64,000 nt of DNA from Gammaproteobacteria bacterium (GTDB taxonomy: Bacteria; Pseudomonadota; Gammaproteobacteria; JBCCGL01). Both the position numbers and the translations under genes were made by a program. The stretch lies in NCBI GenBank assembly GCA_965277715.1, contig OZ255836.1, positions 2,688,001-2,752,000 of the forward strand, written 5' to 3'. Of the stretch, positions 18,409 through 27,834 are shown piece after piece; the stretch's first letter is position 1; every line of letters starts with the position of its first letter. The notes beneath the pieces were generated by a model. It was not told where the DNA came from. It worked only from the letters and a program-made list of their open reading frames with translations, and ran no database searches.

Positions 18409-18734
18409 ATTCCAGAACGATTCACCCCGCCAGCGAGGGCTGGTGGGGTGAGTGCTCCCTGGCCTCTGCCTGCGCCTGTTGCTGATTTAGCTACATCTTT
18501 TACATCCCCACCAAACGCTGCATTATCCAAGCTGCTGCCCGCCTTCCAGCCCGCCATGGTCAGGACGGGCGAGCAGAGCAGCGCCATTGGTTAAGCCTTT
18601 CACAGCCGTTTTGGCACCCCATTTGGCTATACCCCCCCACCACATCACCGCCCGTTTTTAGTAGGCCCTTGGGGGTGTACTTGAAATTCCACGCTTTGCT
18701 TGCCAGGTTACGTGTCGTTGCACGCCAGCTCACT
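18405..18734 (-). pseudogene. TraG_N-type conjugal transfer protein remnant with internal deletion
   Basis: LTMAGWKAGSSLDNAAFGGDV is shared with 20511-21146; deletion at a GCGAG microhomology. Confidence 0.7.
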
Positions 18735-18803
18735 ATACAAATATGTTAAAGAGGCTGATCAAGACATGGCGTGAAATACACTCTCCAACTAATCAGGCTT
18801 ACC

Positions 18804-19787
18804 TCAAGTCGGCGCTGCCTCTGGTGGTTGCGCTGAAAGAAAAGATAGCAACTCCGGTATATCATCATCATGCGCCATAATATAGTTCCCCCCTGACGGC
18901 ACACTACCCCCCTCTATCGGCCCTGCCAGATGAGGCAAGTAATCATCAAAACGGACAATATGGTGATAAAAATCAACCTCCTCGACAATAGCATATGTTT
19001 GATAATCCATCGACTGCATCAGCTCAATAACCTTACGGTTATTATCAATCACATATTGGTAGCTTGGATCGTTTTCTGCGGGAATATTGGCAATTTCACA
19101 ATGAATACAGGGGCGGTATTGCTGGAGTGTGCGCGCTAAACCCTTGAGAATATCCAGTTCTGCTCCCTCTGCATCAATTTTAATAATAGACAGTGCATCT
19201 ATCGATAACTGCTGTAACAGTGAATCTGCCGAAAATGTCGGCACTATGTTGTTAAAATTACTATCCCCCTGGTTAATTGTTGGGTGAATAGACGAGCAGG
19301 GATCAGCATAACGTGAAGCATAAAAAGTCCGCAATCCATTGGTATCAGCCAGCGCAACCGGGAGAACATGGCAATGTGTACCCCAGCTATTGGCACCAAT
19401 TAATTCATTAATAAATGCAAACGACGCATAGTTTGGCTCAAAGCCGTAATACTCACCATCGTGTATATCTAAACTATTACACACTGCCTGATACCTAATT
19501 AAAAATTCACCTGCATGTGTACCAATATCAAACGCAACTCCCGGTTTTACCTGTAACGCGGCATGAATGCACTTCGACATAAAAAATTCATTGGGAACGA
19601 TCAAATACTTTCCCATCCAACTGGTTAAGGGCATCGTTAATTCAAGCCCTAAGTGTTCCACTTGTCTTTTTCTGAATCGAAGCTTGTAGAGAAAACTATG
19701 CCATTCCCTTAAAAACTTCTTCCGCCCCCACCAACGTGCCGGGTAGGAATACATTGCATCATATTGTTTGAGATTTTTATTATTCAT
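18804..19787 (-). CDS. FkbM-family SAM-dependent methyltransferase
   Basis: FDIGTHAG, GFEPN, PVALAD, IIKIDAEGAEL.IL.G. Confidence 0.85.
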   Translation of the reverse strand: MNNKNLKQYDAMYSYPARWWGRKKFLREWHSFLYKLRFRKRQVEHLGLELTMPLTSWMGKYLIVPNEFFMSKCIHAALQVKPGVAFDIGTHAGEFLIRYQAVCNSLDIHDGEYYGFEPNYASFAFINELIGANSWGTHCHVLPVALADTNGLRTFYASRYADPCSSIHPTINQGDSNFNNIVPTFSADSLLQQLSIDALSIIKIDAEGAELDILKGLARTLQQYRPCIHCEIANIPAENDPSYQYVIDNNRKVIELMQSMDYQTYAIVEEVDFYHHIVRFDDYLPHLAGPIEGGSVPSGGNYIMAHDDDIPELLSFLSAQPPEAAPT

Positions 19788-19988
19788 ATCTCGTTGATCT
19801 GGGGGATTTAAGCGCGGAGAGAGTAAACGTTCTCATTCTGGAAAGCAATGCCAACGGTAAATAGCCATCGGGAACTACCGTAGTGAGTGGCTATTTTGGA
19901 CAGACCAACTACGCCGCCGTCAAAGTGGTGATTCATGGTTTATAATGGTAAGACCCACGCGCAAAAAAATATTTTTTCTCATTTCCCC

Positions 19989-21132
19989 CTGTTACATGCC
20001 ACAAGAAAACCCCCTCTTTTTCAACTATTGAAAAGACAATGAAAGCGCCTATACTATTAAACGTAAATGACGGAATAACGATGATGAATACGACAATAAC
20101 TTCTACCAAAGAGAACTCAGAACCTAGCGCATTGCGTAGCTGGGTGCTGTTCTTCTTAACGTTACTGGCTGCCTGCATAGCCTGGAATGTGGCAGGGGCA
20201 CTTGGCGCCGACACCCTGCTTCAAGTCGTAATTGCGGTATTTTTCTTTGCCATCAACCGCGATATCCGTGAAGGGTTTATTGAAGGTAGTATGACGAACC
20301 TTAATCGTGAGGCAGCGCCCACGCCTTGCGAAGATCGAGAGATCATTGATGATGACGACGATAAAGGTGGGATGGGCTGGGGTTTGGACTATTCCGGCGA
20401 TTATACCTATGGGCCTAGAGCACGTGACGGAAGGGTAAAAGCATAGAGTTGATGAAAAAGCTGGTCAGGCAAATGTGCTCTGATCAGTTTTTGTCTTTAT
20501 TATTGTCAGATTATTTGGTTAAACCCCTCCCCACATTTGCTAGTTTATCCACATCCCCACCAAACGCTGCATTATCTAAGCTACTGCCCGCTTTCCAGCC
20601 AGCCATAGTTAGGACGAGCGAGAGTACAATGGGTAAGACCAGGTAAAGTAGCCCTACCAAAATTAAAAATACCGTATTTTCAATTGGGTTTCTCACCGCA
20701 TCCCAAACGGAAAGCCGGGCGCCAACGGATGGGTACATAGTAGACCATAGATTGTGCTCCAGGTAATTCGCAGCGGTGAATAGCGATGTCCAGAACTTCA
20801 CCGAAATGAAGAATACAGTGAGCGCAAACACAGCGCTCCACTGTGCTCCGGCCAGCACCCAGGCCCAGGGTAATACCATAATCATCGCCATTAAAATCAT
20901 CGCCTGTACCATTGGAGCGAGGATCTTGATGATTTCGATCTTGGCAAGGAACCCTGTTGTCTCGCTGGCGAGCAGAGCGGCGCCATTGGTTAAGCCTTTT
21001 ACCGTTGTTTTGACACCCCATTTGGCTACACCCAACGCCGCATCACCGCCCGTTTTTAACAGACCCTTTGGGGTGTACTTGAAATTCCATGCTTTGCCTG
21101 CCAGGTCACGTGTCGTTGCACGCCAGCTCACT
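19989..21132. repeat. Cassette copy B: promoter, small membrane gene and convergent traG remnant
   Basis: Homologous to 17937-18734; homology ends at CGCCAGCTCACT in both copies. Confidence 0.9.
20081..20446 (+). CDS. Small two-TM protein, candidate ICE entry-exclusion protein (variant B)
   Basis: First ~90 aa nearly identical to 18028-18408 with a divergent C-tail; same promoter at 20028-20055. Confidence 0.55.
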   Translation: MMNTTITSTKENSEPSALRSWVLFFLTLLAACIAWNVAGALGADTLLQVVIAVFFFAINRDIREGFIEGSMTNLNREAAPTPCEDREIIDDDDDKGGMGWGLDYSGDYTYGPRARDGRVKA

Positions 21133-21146
21133 GAGGCCTTTATCAC
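20511..21146 (-). pseudogene. C-terminal fragment of a TraG_N-type conjugal transfer protein (integrative conjugative element type)
   Basis: PMVQA..M...LP...F..FW..A..LE..L and LYLVLP..AGW pattern of ICE TraG_N proteins; the N-terminal part is missing. Confidence 0.75.
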
Positions 21147-21160
21147 TCCTTTATCAGAAT

Positions 21161-22168
21161 TTAGCGCCAGGGCTGTCCTTTGATTGCCACCTGCTCATCC
21201 ACAATGGTTTTGCTCAGCAGACAGACACAGGCATAAATTGACCGCAGCGCGGGTACATCGGTATTCGTCATTTCCGCCAGTTCGATCACCGCCCCCAGCA
21301 TACCGTCAATCTCCAGCGGTTTGCCCGCCTCCACATCCTGCAACATTGAGGTTTTGTGTTTGCCGACTTTCTCGGCACCTTCAATACGGCGCTCCAGCGT
21401 AACGCGAAAGCTGGCGCCCAGTTTTTCTGCAACTGCCTGCGCTTCAAGCATCATCGTTGCTGCCAGTTGACGGGTGAGCGGGTATTGGCAAATGGCCTCC
21501 AGGGTGGCGTGGGTTACTGCACTGATGGGGTTAAACGACAAATTGCCCCACAGTTTGAGCCATATTTCTGAGCGGATATCCGCCAGTACCGGTGACTTAA
21601 AGCCCGATTCGATAAACATCTGCGCAACCTTATTGGCCCGTTCAGAGTCTGTGCCGTCTAACTCACCTACCGGAAAGCGGATGCCTTCTACATGCTGAAT
21701 CACCCCCGGCTCGGCAATAACCGCCGCCGGATAGGCGATACACCCCAAAATGCGTTGCGGATCAATGGCTTTTGCCAATACGCCACTCGGGTCAACCGTT
21801 TCCACAGTGCGTTTATCGTAGTCACCGCCCAGCTTTTGAAAATACCACCAGGGAATGCCATTTTGCAGTGTCACCATCACCGTTTCTTCACCAAACAAGG
21901 TGGGGAGCTTATCGACAATCGGGGATATTTGGTGGGCTTTTAGCGCCATGATGACTACATCCTGTGCATCGAGTGTGGCAATGTCGTCGGTGGCGATAAC
22001 ATTTTTGGCCAGTAATTCCTCACCGCCCTGAATTAACTTCAGGCCGTTGGCTTTAATCGCCGCCAGGTGCGGCCCACGGGCAACCAGTGACACCGTGTGC
22101 CCGGCATCAGCCAGACGCACACCGAGCAGGCCGCCGATAGCGCCTGCACCTACAACACATACTTTCAT
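21161..22168 (-). CDS. 2-dehydropantoate 2-reductase family protein (PanE-like)
   Basis: GAGAIGG, LKAH, QNGIPWWYF, EIWLKLWGN, TSMLQD...GKPLEID. Confidence 0.88.
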   Translation of the reverse strand: MKVCVVGAGAIGGLLGVRLADAGHTVSLVARGPHLAAIKANGLKLIQGGEELLAKNVIATDDIATLDAQDVVIMALKAHQISPIVDKLPTLFGEETVMVTLQNGIPWWYFQKLGGDYDKRTVETVDPSGVLAKAIDPQRILGCIAYPAAVIAEPGVIQHVEGIRFPVGELDGTDSERANKVAQMFIESGFKSPVLADIRSEIWLKLWGNLSFNPISAVTHATLEAICQYPLTRQLAATMMLEAQAVAEKLGASFRVTLERRIEGAEKVGKHKTSMLQDVEAGKPLEIDGMLGAVIELAEMTNTDVPALRSIYACVCLLSKTIVDEQVAIKGQPWR

Positions 22169-22289
22169 TTTTTTTTCCGATAGAGGGTAGTAAAAAGGGA
22201 TTTAATTATCAGCGAAAATATAGCCCACCTATCAATGCCAGACAACCGTGATATTAGGGGGCGTTGTCAATGGTGAGCGATGAGGCAGA

Positions 22290-23156
22290 TCACCCGCCTA
22301 AAAATAATTCACCGACCTTGGGATTCGCCAATAAATCATCTCCCTTACCCGCGATAGCAATCTGCCCGGAGACCATCACATAGCCGATATCGGCAAACTC
22401 CAATCCCTTTTTGGCATTTTGCTCAACCATAATAATGGTCTTGCCCTCTTTGTGCTGCAGGTCGTGGAGTATTTCAAACACCATATCGATAAAGCGCGGT
22501 TCGAGACCAATCGATGGCTCGTCGACCAACAGTACATCCGGGTTCATCACCAGCGCACGGGAGATTTCCAGCAGGCGACGCTCGCCCCCAGACAGTACTT
22601 TTGCCTGGTGTTTGCGGCGTGCAGCGAGCCGTGGGTATTTATCAAAGACTTTTTCAGCAGCGGCTTTGGCCTCTGTCGGCTGGTCTTTTAAAAAACCGCC
22701 CATCCATAAGTTCTCTTCAACTGTCATGCCGGGGAAAATCGACTTATCCTGCAAAATATACGCAATCCCCGCCCTGGATAATTTTTCGCTCGGCGATAAA
22801 CGCGTAACGTCGAGTTTATCGTCACCGTTACCGATAACGATACGCCCCGAAAAAATGTTGTTAAAACCAAAGATGGCGTGCAGCACGGTCGATTTGCCCG
22901 CACCATTAGGGCCAATTAAGCACAGCGATTGTTGGCGACCAACCCGCAGGTTAATCTCGTGCAAAATCTCCATTTGCCCGTAACCGGCACGCAGGTTTTC
23001 CAGCGATACATAAGGTTCGCCCACCACCAGCGCATCGAGCTGCTCAATACCAATATCTTCAGCAATCGCGGCGGTTTGTTTAACGACTTCATCGACCGAG
23101 ATAACCGCATCGACACCACCCACACCGTAACCGCTGATATTTTGTTTATCCTCCAT
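22290..23156 (-). CDS. Branched-chain amino acid-type ABC transporter ATPase (LivF-like)
   Basis: GPNGAGKST, LSGGERR, DEPSIGL, VEQNA; start placed at MEDKQ. Confidence 0.9.
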   Translation of the reverse strand: MEDKQNISGYGVGGVDAVISVDEVVKQTAAIAEDIGIEQLDALVVGEPYVSLENLRAGYGQMEILHEINLRVGRQQSLCLIGPNGAGKSTVLHAIFGFNNIFSGRIVIGNGDDKLDVTRLSPSEKLSRAGIAYILQDKSIFPGMTVEENLWMGGFLKDQPTEAKAAAEKVFDKYPRLAARRKHQAKVLSGGERRLLEISRALVMNPDVLLVDEPSIGLEPRFIDMVFEILHDLQHKEGKTIIMVEQNAKKGLEFADIGYVMVSGQIAIAGKGDDLLANPKVGELFLGG

Positions 23157-23899
23157 CAGTGCGCTCCCAGGTAGGCGTCTATCACCCGCTGATCGTTTTG
23201 AATATCCGCTGGCGCGCCCTGTGCTAATAACTGCCCGTGTGCCAGGCAATAAATCTTATCGGCCATGTTCATAATCACACGCATATTGTGCTCGATAATA
23301 AATAAGGTAATACCAAATTCAGAATTGGCGCGTTTTAACCGATCGATCAAACCATTGATCAAGGTTGGGTTGATCCCGGCGGTGGGTTCGTCAAGTAATA
23401 GGCCGGTCGGTTCGTTCATCAAAGCCATAGCAAATTCGAGCAGTTTTTGTTGGCCAAAAGAGAGGGAACCGGCGCGCAATAAACGCTTTTCATACAGACC
23501 GACAAAATCGAGCAAGCGGTCTGCGCGCTCGTGTTCTTCTTTACCGTTGCGGCTAAACGCATCTTTAAAGCGCATTTTGCGGTGTGGCAGGGAAATCAGC
23601 ATATTCTCCACACAGTTCATCGCGCCATAGATACGGGTCTGCTGGAAGGTGCGCAACAACCCTAAGCGGGCGATTTTCTGTACCGGCATTTTGGAGATTT
23701 CCCGGCCTTCAAATTTTATTGCCCCGGAGTCTATAGGGTGGTAACCGACAATGGAGTTAAACAAGGTGGTCTTGCCGGAACCGTTGGGGCCAATCAGCCC
23801 GGTAATGCCGCCTTTTTCCACTGTCATCGATACATTTTTATTGGCGATAACACCGCCATAGGATTTGCAGACATCCTGCACTTCAATAATAGCGCTCAT
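23156..23899 (-). CDS. ABC transporter ATPase (LivG-like)
   Basis: GPNGSGKTT, RTFQ, LSFGQQK, IEHNM, VIDAYLG; start placed at MSAII. Confidence 0.9.
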   Translation of the reverse strand: MSAIIEVQDVCKSYGGVIANKNVSMTVEKGGITGLIGPNGSGKTTLFNSIVGYHPIDSGAIKFEGREISKMPVQKIARLGLLRTFQQTRIYGAMNCVENMLISLPHRKMRFKDAFSRNGKEEHERADRLLDFVGLYEKRLLRAGSLSFGQQKLLEFAMALMNEPTGLLLDEPTAGINPTLINGLIDRLKRANSEFGITLFIIEHNMRVIMNMADKIYCLAHGQLLAQGAPADIQNDQRVIDAYLGAH

Positions 23900-24936
23900 G
23901 CCTGTGCTCCTTCGGTCGTCTGTTTTTGCTCGACACGAATGCCGAACCACTCGGGCTTTTTTTGCACCAGCCAGCCCATAACGCCATCCTGAAAATACAC
24001 CACGGTAATGACAATCAACGCACCCAGCGCCACCCATTGCCAGCCGAGCAGGTAGTTCCAGGTGATCTCTTTGAAAAGGTGAAACAGTATCGCACCCACT
24101 ATCGGCCCCCACAGGGTGCCCTTGCCCCCCAGCAGAACACACACCACCATAAAGATACCCAGGTTAATGGTTTGATAGGCGGTTTCCAGGGGTTCAAAAT
24201 GAATTAACTGAAACGCGGAAATTGCACCGACAACCCCGACAAAAAAGGCCGCCATCGCCCAGGTGGCGAGCTTATACTGCAGGGTGTGCAGGCCCATTGC
24301 CTCGGCTTTTTCCTCATCATCACGAATGGCGTTGATCGCCGCGCCAAAGCGTGTGGTGTACAGCCATTTCAAAAATAAAAACAACACCACACCAGTACCG
24401 GCAAACAGGAAGTAGAAAAATACCTTGCCCACATCAAAATCACCGGGGTACACCGGCAAGGCGATGCCCTGCCCGCCGCCAACCCAATCCCAGTTAGAGA
24501 CCAGCTCGCCCCCCGCAATCGCGACACCGAGCGTACCGATGGCGAAGTAAGGGCCGCGCAAACCAAAGGTGATGTAACCAATAATCACCGCCGTAAAGGC
24601 GCAAAACACACCCGCCCCCAATATGCCAAGCACCACTCCAGTAAAATACTGCGCATCGGTAAATTCATAGACACCCCCGCCAAAGGCGCTGGTGTAATCG
24701 GCCACGTTGTACACTAGGCCGATAGTGACCACCGCCGCGACGTACATGCCCGTGCCGTAAAAGAAGATATTGCCCAGTGAGTTATACCCCATTTGCCCGC
24801 CGGTCATGTCCCAGGTTAATGAGACGATAATCATCAACCACAGGGTCGCCAATTGGGTGCGAAAATCCGGAAAAATAAAAGGTGCCGCAAGCGTAATCAG
24901 CAGCAGTACCAGATAAAACGGTATTTTTTTATTCAT
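23896..24936 (-). CDS. ABC transporter permease (LivM-like)
   Basis: LRGPYFAIGTL, AIRDDE..A.AMG, LGGKGTLWGP; start placed at MNKKI. Confidence 0.9.
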   Translation of the reverse strand: MNKKIPFYLVLLLITLAAPFIFPDFRTQLATLWLMIIVSLTWDMTGGQMGYNSLGNIFFYGTGMYVAAVVTIGLVYNVADYTSAFGGGVYEFTDAQYFTGVVLGILGAGVFCAFTAVIIGYITFGLRGPYFAIGTLGVAIAGGELVSNWDWVGGGQGIALPVYPGDFDVGKVFFYFLFAGTGVVLFLFLKWLYTTRFGAAINAIRDDEEKAEAMGLHTLQYKLATWAMAAFFVGVVGAISAFQLIHFEPLETAYQTINLGIFMVVCVLLGGKGTLWGPIVGAILFHLFKEITWNYLLGWQWVALGALIVITVVYFQDGVMGWLVQKKPEWFGIRVEQKQTTEGAQA

Positions 24937-24950
24937 TATTGCTCCTGCGC

Positions 24951-25862
24951 TTATTGCAAGCTTTGGCGAACGCGGCGTTGCTGGATAAGCCGGATAATCA
25001 ACACAATCAACAACAGTAAAACGGCGATGGCCTGTTGGTAGCCGATGCCAAAGATATGCGCACCGTATTGTTCCAGGGCGCCGATTCCCAGGCCCGCCGC
25101 AATAACCCCCGGCAAATTGCCAAGCCCGGCAGCGGTGACAATAACAAAAGCGCGGATCGAGTGTGTGATGCCATAAAATGGCTGAATGATCCACACCATC
25201 ACGATAATCGCCCCGGCCGCGCCGCAAATGGCCGCATTCAGCGAGAAGGTAAAGGCGTAGACTTTCTCGGTATCAATGCCCAGGACACGGGCAGCGCGGG
25301 CATCCTGCGCGGTAGCGCGGATCGCCTGCCCCATACGGCTGGATTTCATAAAGATAATCACCCCCGCCGCCAGTACTGTCGCCATTAATACACCGATCAG
25401 CTTGGCCACTGGCACATCGATAAAGCCATCAAAGAAATACAGGGTATCAAAGCCCAGATCGACGCTTTGTGTATCCGAGCCAAACATCAGGTTGAGTATT
25501 TGCGCCATCATAATCGCCAGGCCAAACGTGGCCAGCAGCGAGGTAAACAGGTCGCGCTCAATAACCCGGGAAATAACCACTTTGTAGATAACCCAGCCAA
25601 GCCCCCATAAAACAATAAATGCAGCGGGCACCCCCAGCAGTGCGGGCACACCGTGCTCTACCAACCACCAGGAGACATAGCCACCGGCAATAACAAAATC
25701 ACCTTGTGCGAGGTTTTTAACATTCATCACCCCCCACACCAACGCCAACCCGTAGGCCGCCAGTGCGAAAAGCGCACCGATCATAATGCCGTCGAGGACG
25801 ATCTTTAAATTGACAACCGGAAATTCGAATAACAGGGAGATATTGCCAAGTATTTGATCCAT
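24951..25862 (-). CDS. ABC transporter permease (LivH-like)
   Basis: AYGLALVWGVM.V.NLAQG, GQAIRATAQD..AA.V.GI. Confidence 0.9.
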   Translation of the reverse strand: MDQILGNISLLFEFPVVNLKIVLDGIMIGALFALAAYGLALVWGVMNVKNLAQGDFVIAGGYVSWWLVEHGVPALLGVPAAFIVLWGLGWVIYKVVISRVIERDLFTSLLATFGLAIMMAQILNLMFGSDTQSVDLGFDTLYFFDGFIDVPVAKLIGVLMATVLAAGVIIFMKSSRMGQAIRATAQDARAARVLGIDTEKVYAFTFSLNAAICGAAGAIIVMVWIIQPFYGITHSIRAFVIVTAAGLGNLPGVIAAGLGIGALEQYGAHIFGIGYQQAIAVLLLLIVLIIRLIQQRRVRQSLQ

Positions 25863-25983
25863 ATGGGGTTACCTTTTGGCCGTTTATTTTTCTATTGAGG
25901 TCATGGCAGGAGAGGCCGCTTATGCACAGCGCCAAACCAGTACCGGGTGCAAGATGCACCCGGTTTCGGTCAGTTAACGGTGA

Positions 25984-27213
25984 CTACTGGGCTTTGCGTG
26001 GCCAGTTCAGCTTGTGAGAGGCGAATGCTGAGGGCGCAACCACATTGTAGCTGCCATCTTGAATCTGGCGCAGCACCATCGGCTTGGCGATGTTGTTGCC
26101 TGCTTCAGAAAACCTGATGCTGCCGTAAAAGGTGCTTAGATCAGTTGCCGCAATTGCATCGCGAACGGCTTCTTTATCCAGTGAACCCGCACGTTCGAAC
26201 GCATCTTTGAACACATAAACTGCCGCCGAGGCCTGCGCCGTTTGATAGGGGACTTTCTTGTCCGCGTACTCTGGGTAAGTGGCCTTAAACTCTTTCTCAT
26301 AGTTAGCGGCACTGCCAAAAATTTCATCTTCATACGACAGTGATTCAGCCCACTGGGTGGAACATAAAATATCGTTGGCCGCTGCACCGAATTTGCCGGT
26401 AACGTCTGCCGCTTCACAGTGTGTCATCGCCACCATGGGCACGCTGATATTTTGCTCGCTGATTTGACGCACAGCAGTAGCCGCACCTTTTGAGTGGCCG
26501 CTGACAACCAGCACATCCGGCTTGAGCAGTTTGACCTTGGTGAGGATAGCGCTCATATCGGATAAGTCGCGTGGCAGTTTTTCATCGATCACTGCCTTCA
26601 TACCAAATTTTTTGGCATCTTCGAGCACACCGGCACGGATATCGAGTGAGAATGGATCATTTTCAACGGCCACAGCGACTTTTACCGATGAGGGTGATTT
26701 GCCAGACTCTTTGGCTTTTTCTGCCGCCAGCGCAATGGCAGAGGCCAGGTATTGCTCAGAGGTCGACAATACCGCAAACAGGTATTTGTAGCCTTTATTG
26801 AACAGTGAACGCGACGCACCTTCCGCTTCGACCATCGGGATTTTGTATTTTTCAGTTACCGGTGCAATGGCTTTGGTCAGGCCGGACGAATAAGGCCCCA
26901 GCATGTATTGCACTTTGTCCTGGTTGATAAGCCGTTCGGCCAGGGTTGCACCACGGTCGCCTTTGGACTCATCATCGTAGTAAATAACCTTGAAGTTGTA
27001 GCACTTATCACCCATTTTTACGCCACCGGCCTCGCCAATCTTCTTGATTGCAAATTCGTAGCCGTTTTTCGCGTGAATACCGTTGGTGGCATATTTACCG
27101 GTGAGTGAAATAGCAGACCCGAGGGTAATGTCTTCGCAGGCCGCATGACCTGCCTGTGCAAACAGCAGGGCACCGCCGGTAAGGCAACCCAATACGCTTG
27201 TCGTGAGTTTCAT
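25984..27213 (-). CDS. ABC transporter periplasmic substrate-binding protein (LivJ/K-like)
   Basis: Signal peptide, SLTGKYA..G, YYDDES, LGPYSSG; start placed at MKLTT. Confidence 0.9.
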   Translation of the reverse strand: MKLTTSVLGCLTGGALLFAQAGHAACEDITLGSAISLTGKYATNGIHAKNGYEFAIKKIGEAGGVKMGDKCYNFKVIYYDDESKGDRGATLAERLINQDKVQYMLGPYSSGLTKAIAPVTEKYKIPMVEAEGASRSLFNKGYKYLFAVLSTSEQYLASAIALAAEKAKESGKSPSSVKVAVAVENDPFSLDIRAGVLEDAKKFGMKAVIDEKLPRDLSDMSAILTKVKLLKPDVLVVSGHSKGAATAVRQISEQNISVPMVAMTHCEAADVTGKFGAAANDILCSTQWAESLSYEDEIFGSAANYEKEFKATYPEYADKKVPYQTAQASAAVYVFKDAFERAGSLDKEAVRDAIAATDLSTFYGSIRFSEAGNNIAKPMVLRQIQDGSYNVVAPSAFASHKLNWPRKAQ

Positions 27214-27351
27214 TGAGTGATTCTCCTCCAATAAAGTTGATTGTGTTGTGCGCTTGTGCAGCGCTTTTTTAATAACGCGGGCAAGTATAAACACGTTGGC
27301 TGCACAGGTACAACTATCACTGGTTCAGAATCAAGGAGGCCATATCAGGTT

Positions 27352-27365
27352 TATTGTATACAGTA
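27352..27365. promoter_or_regulatory. Putative GntR/FadR-type operator
   Basis: Near-palindrome TATTGTATACAGTA upstream of the ABC operon. Confidence 0.35.
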
Positions 27366-27485
27366 GAAGGCGCGTGGGCCTGGCGATGTGCTACTGACCC
27401 GCCTGGGCAAAATCGCCAACGACAGCATCTATTTAGTCGGCTTTTTTGAGGGTTCGCTATTCGCCGATTCAGTTTTTAACACCAT

Positions 27486-27824
27486 CTACGACGATTCTGC
27501 CGAGGTTTTTCTAATTGATTTCTCTGGATTTATCTGGCTTAGAAGTTCTTCTGATAACTGATCAAGAAGCGCTTTATCTGCAAGGCCTTCACGACAAATC
27601 ATAAATAGCTGTAATGTGGCTTTCGACCTGCTGTGACCATCAAAAAGAGCGCCCATTTGTTTGTCCCGACCCTGTACACGTTTATAGTGAAGCCGGTAGC
27701 GCTCGTGCGCAGACTGGCTTTCATCTTGAATGATTGCTGCAAACTCCGCTAATGCACGTTTACAAAGCGTATCAATCGCTTTTTCTTTAATACGTTTAAA
27801 CACTTTCCAGTCAGATTCTTTCAC
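27486..27824 (-). CDS. Conserved hypothetical protein
   Basis: ESDWK.FK...A...C..AL and F.GHSRS pattern; plausible 112-aa ORF downstream of nnr. Confidence 0.65.
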   Translation of the reverse strand: MKESDWKVFKRIKEKAIDTLCKRALAEFAAIIQDESQSAHERYRLHYKRVQGRDKQMGALFDGHSRSKATLQLFMICREGLADKALLDQLSEELLSQINPEKSIRKTSAESS

Positions 27825-27834
27825 AAGACCCCCC

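Larger units (their letters stand above)
17937..18734. repeat. Cassette copy A: promoter, small membrane gene and convergent traG remnant
   Basis: Closely similar to 19989-21132, with a 350-bp internal deletion and a different central variable segment. Confidence 0.9.

Noticed and set aside
19933-20214. Minus-strand ORF, and similar ORFs 18109-18396, 20449-20646 and 20776-21183
   Set aside because: Antisense shadows of the exclusion-like and traG sequences with no recognisable motifs
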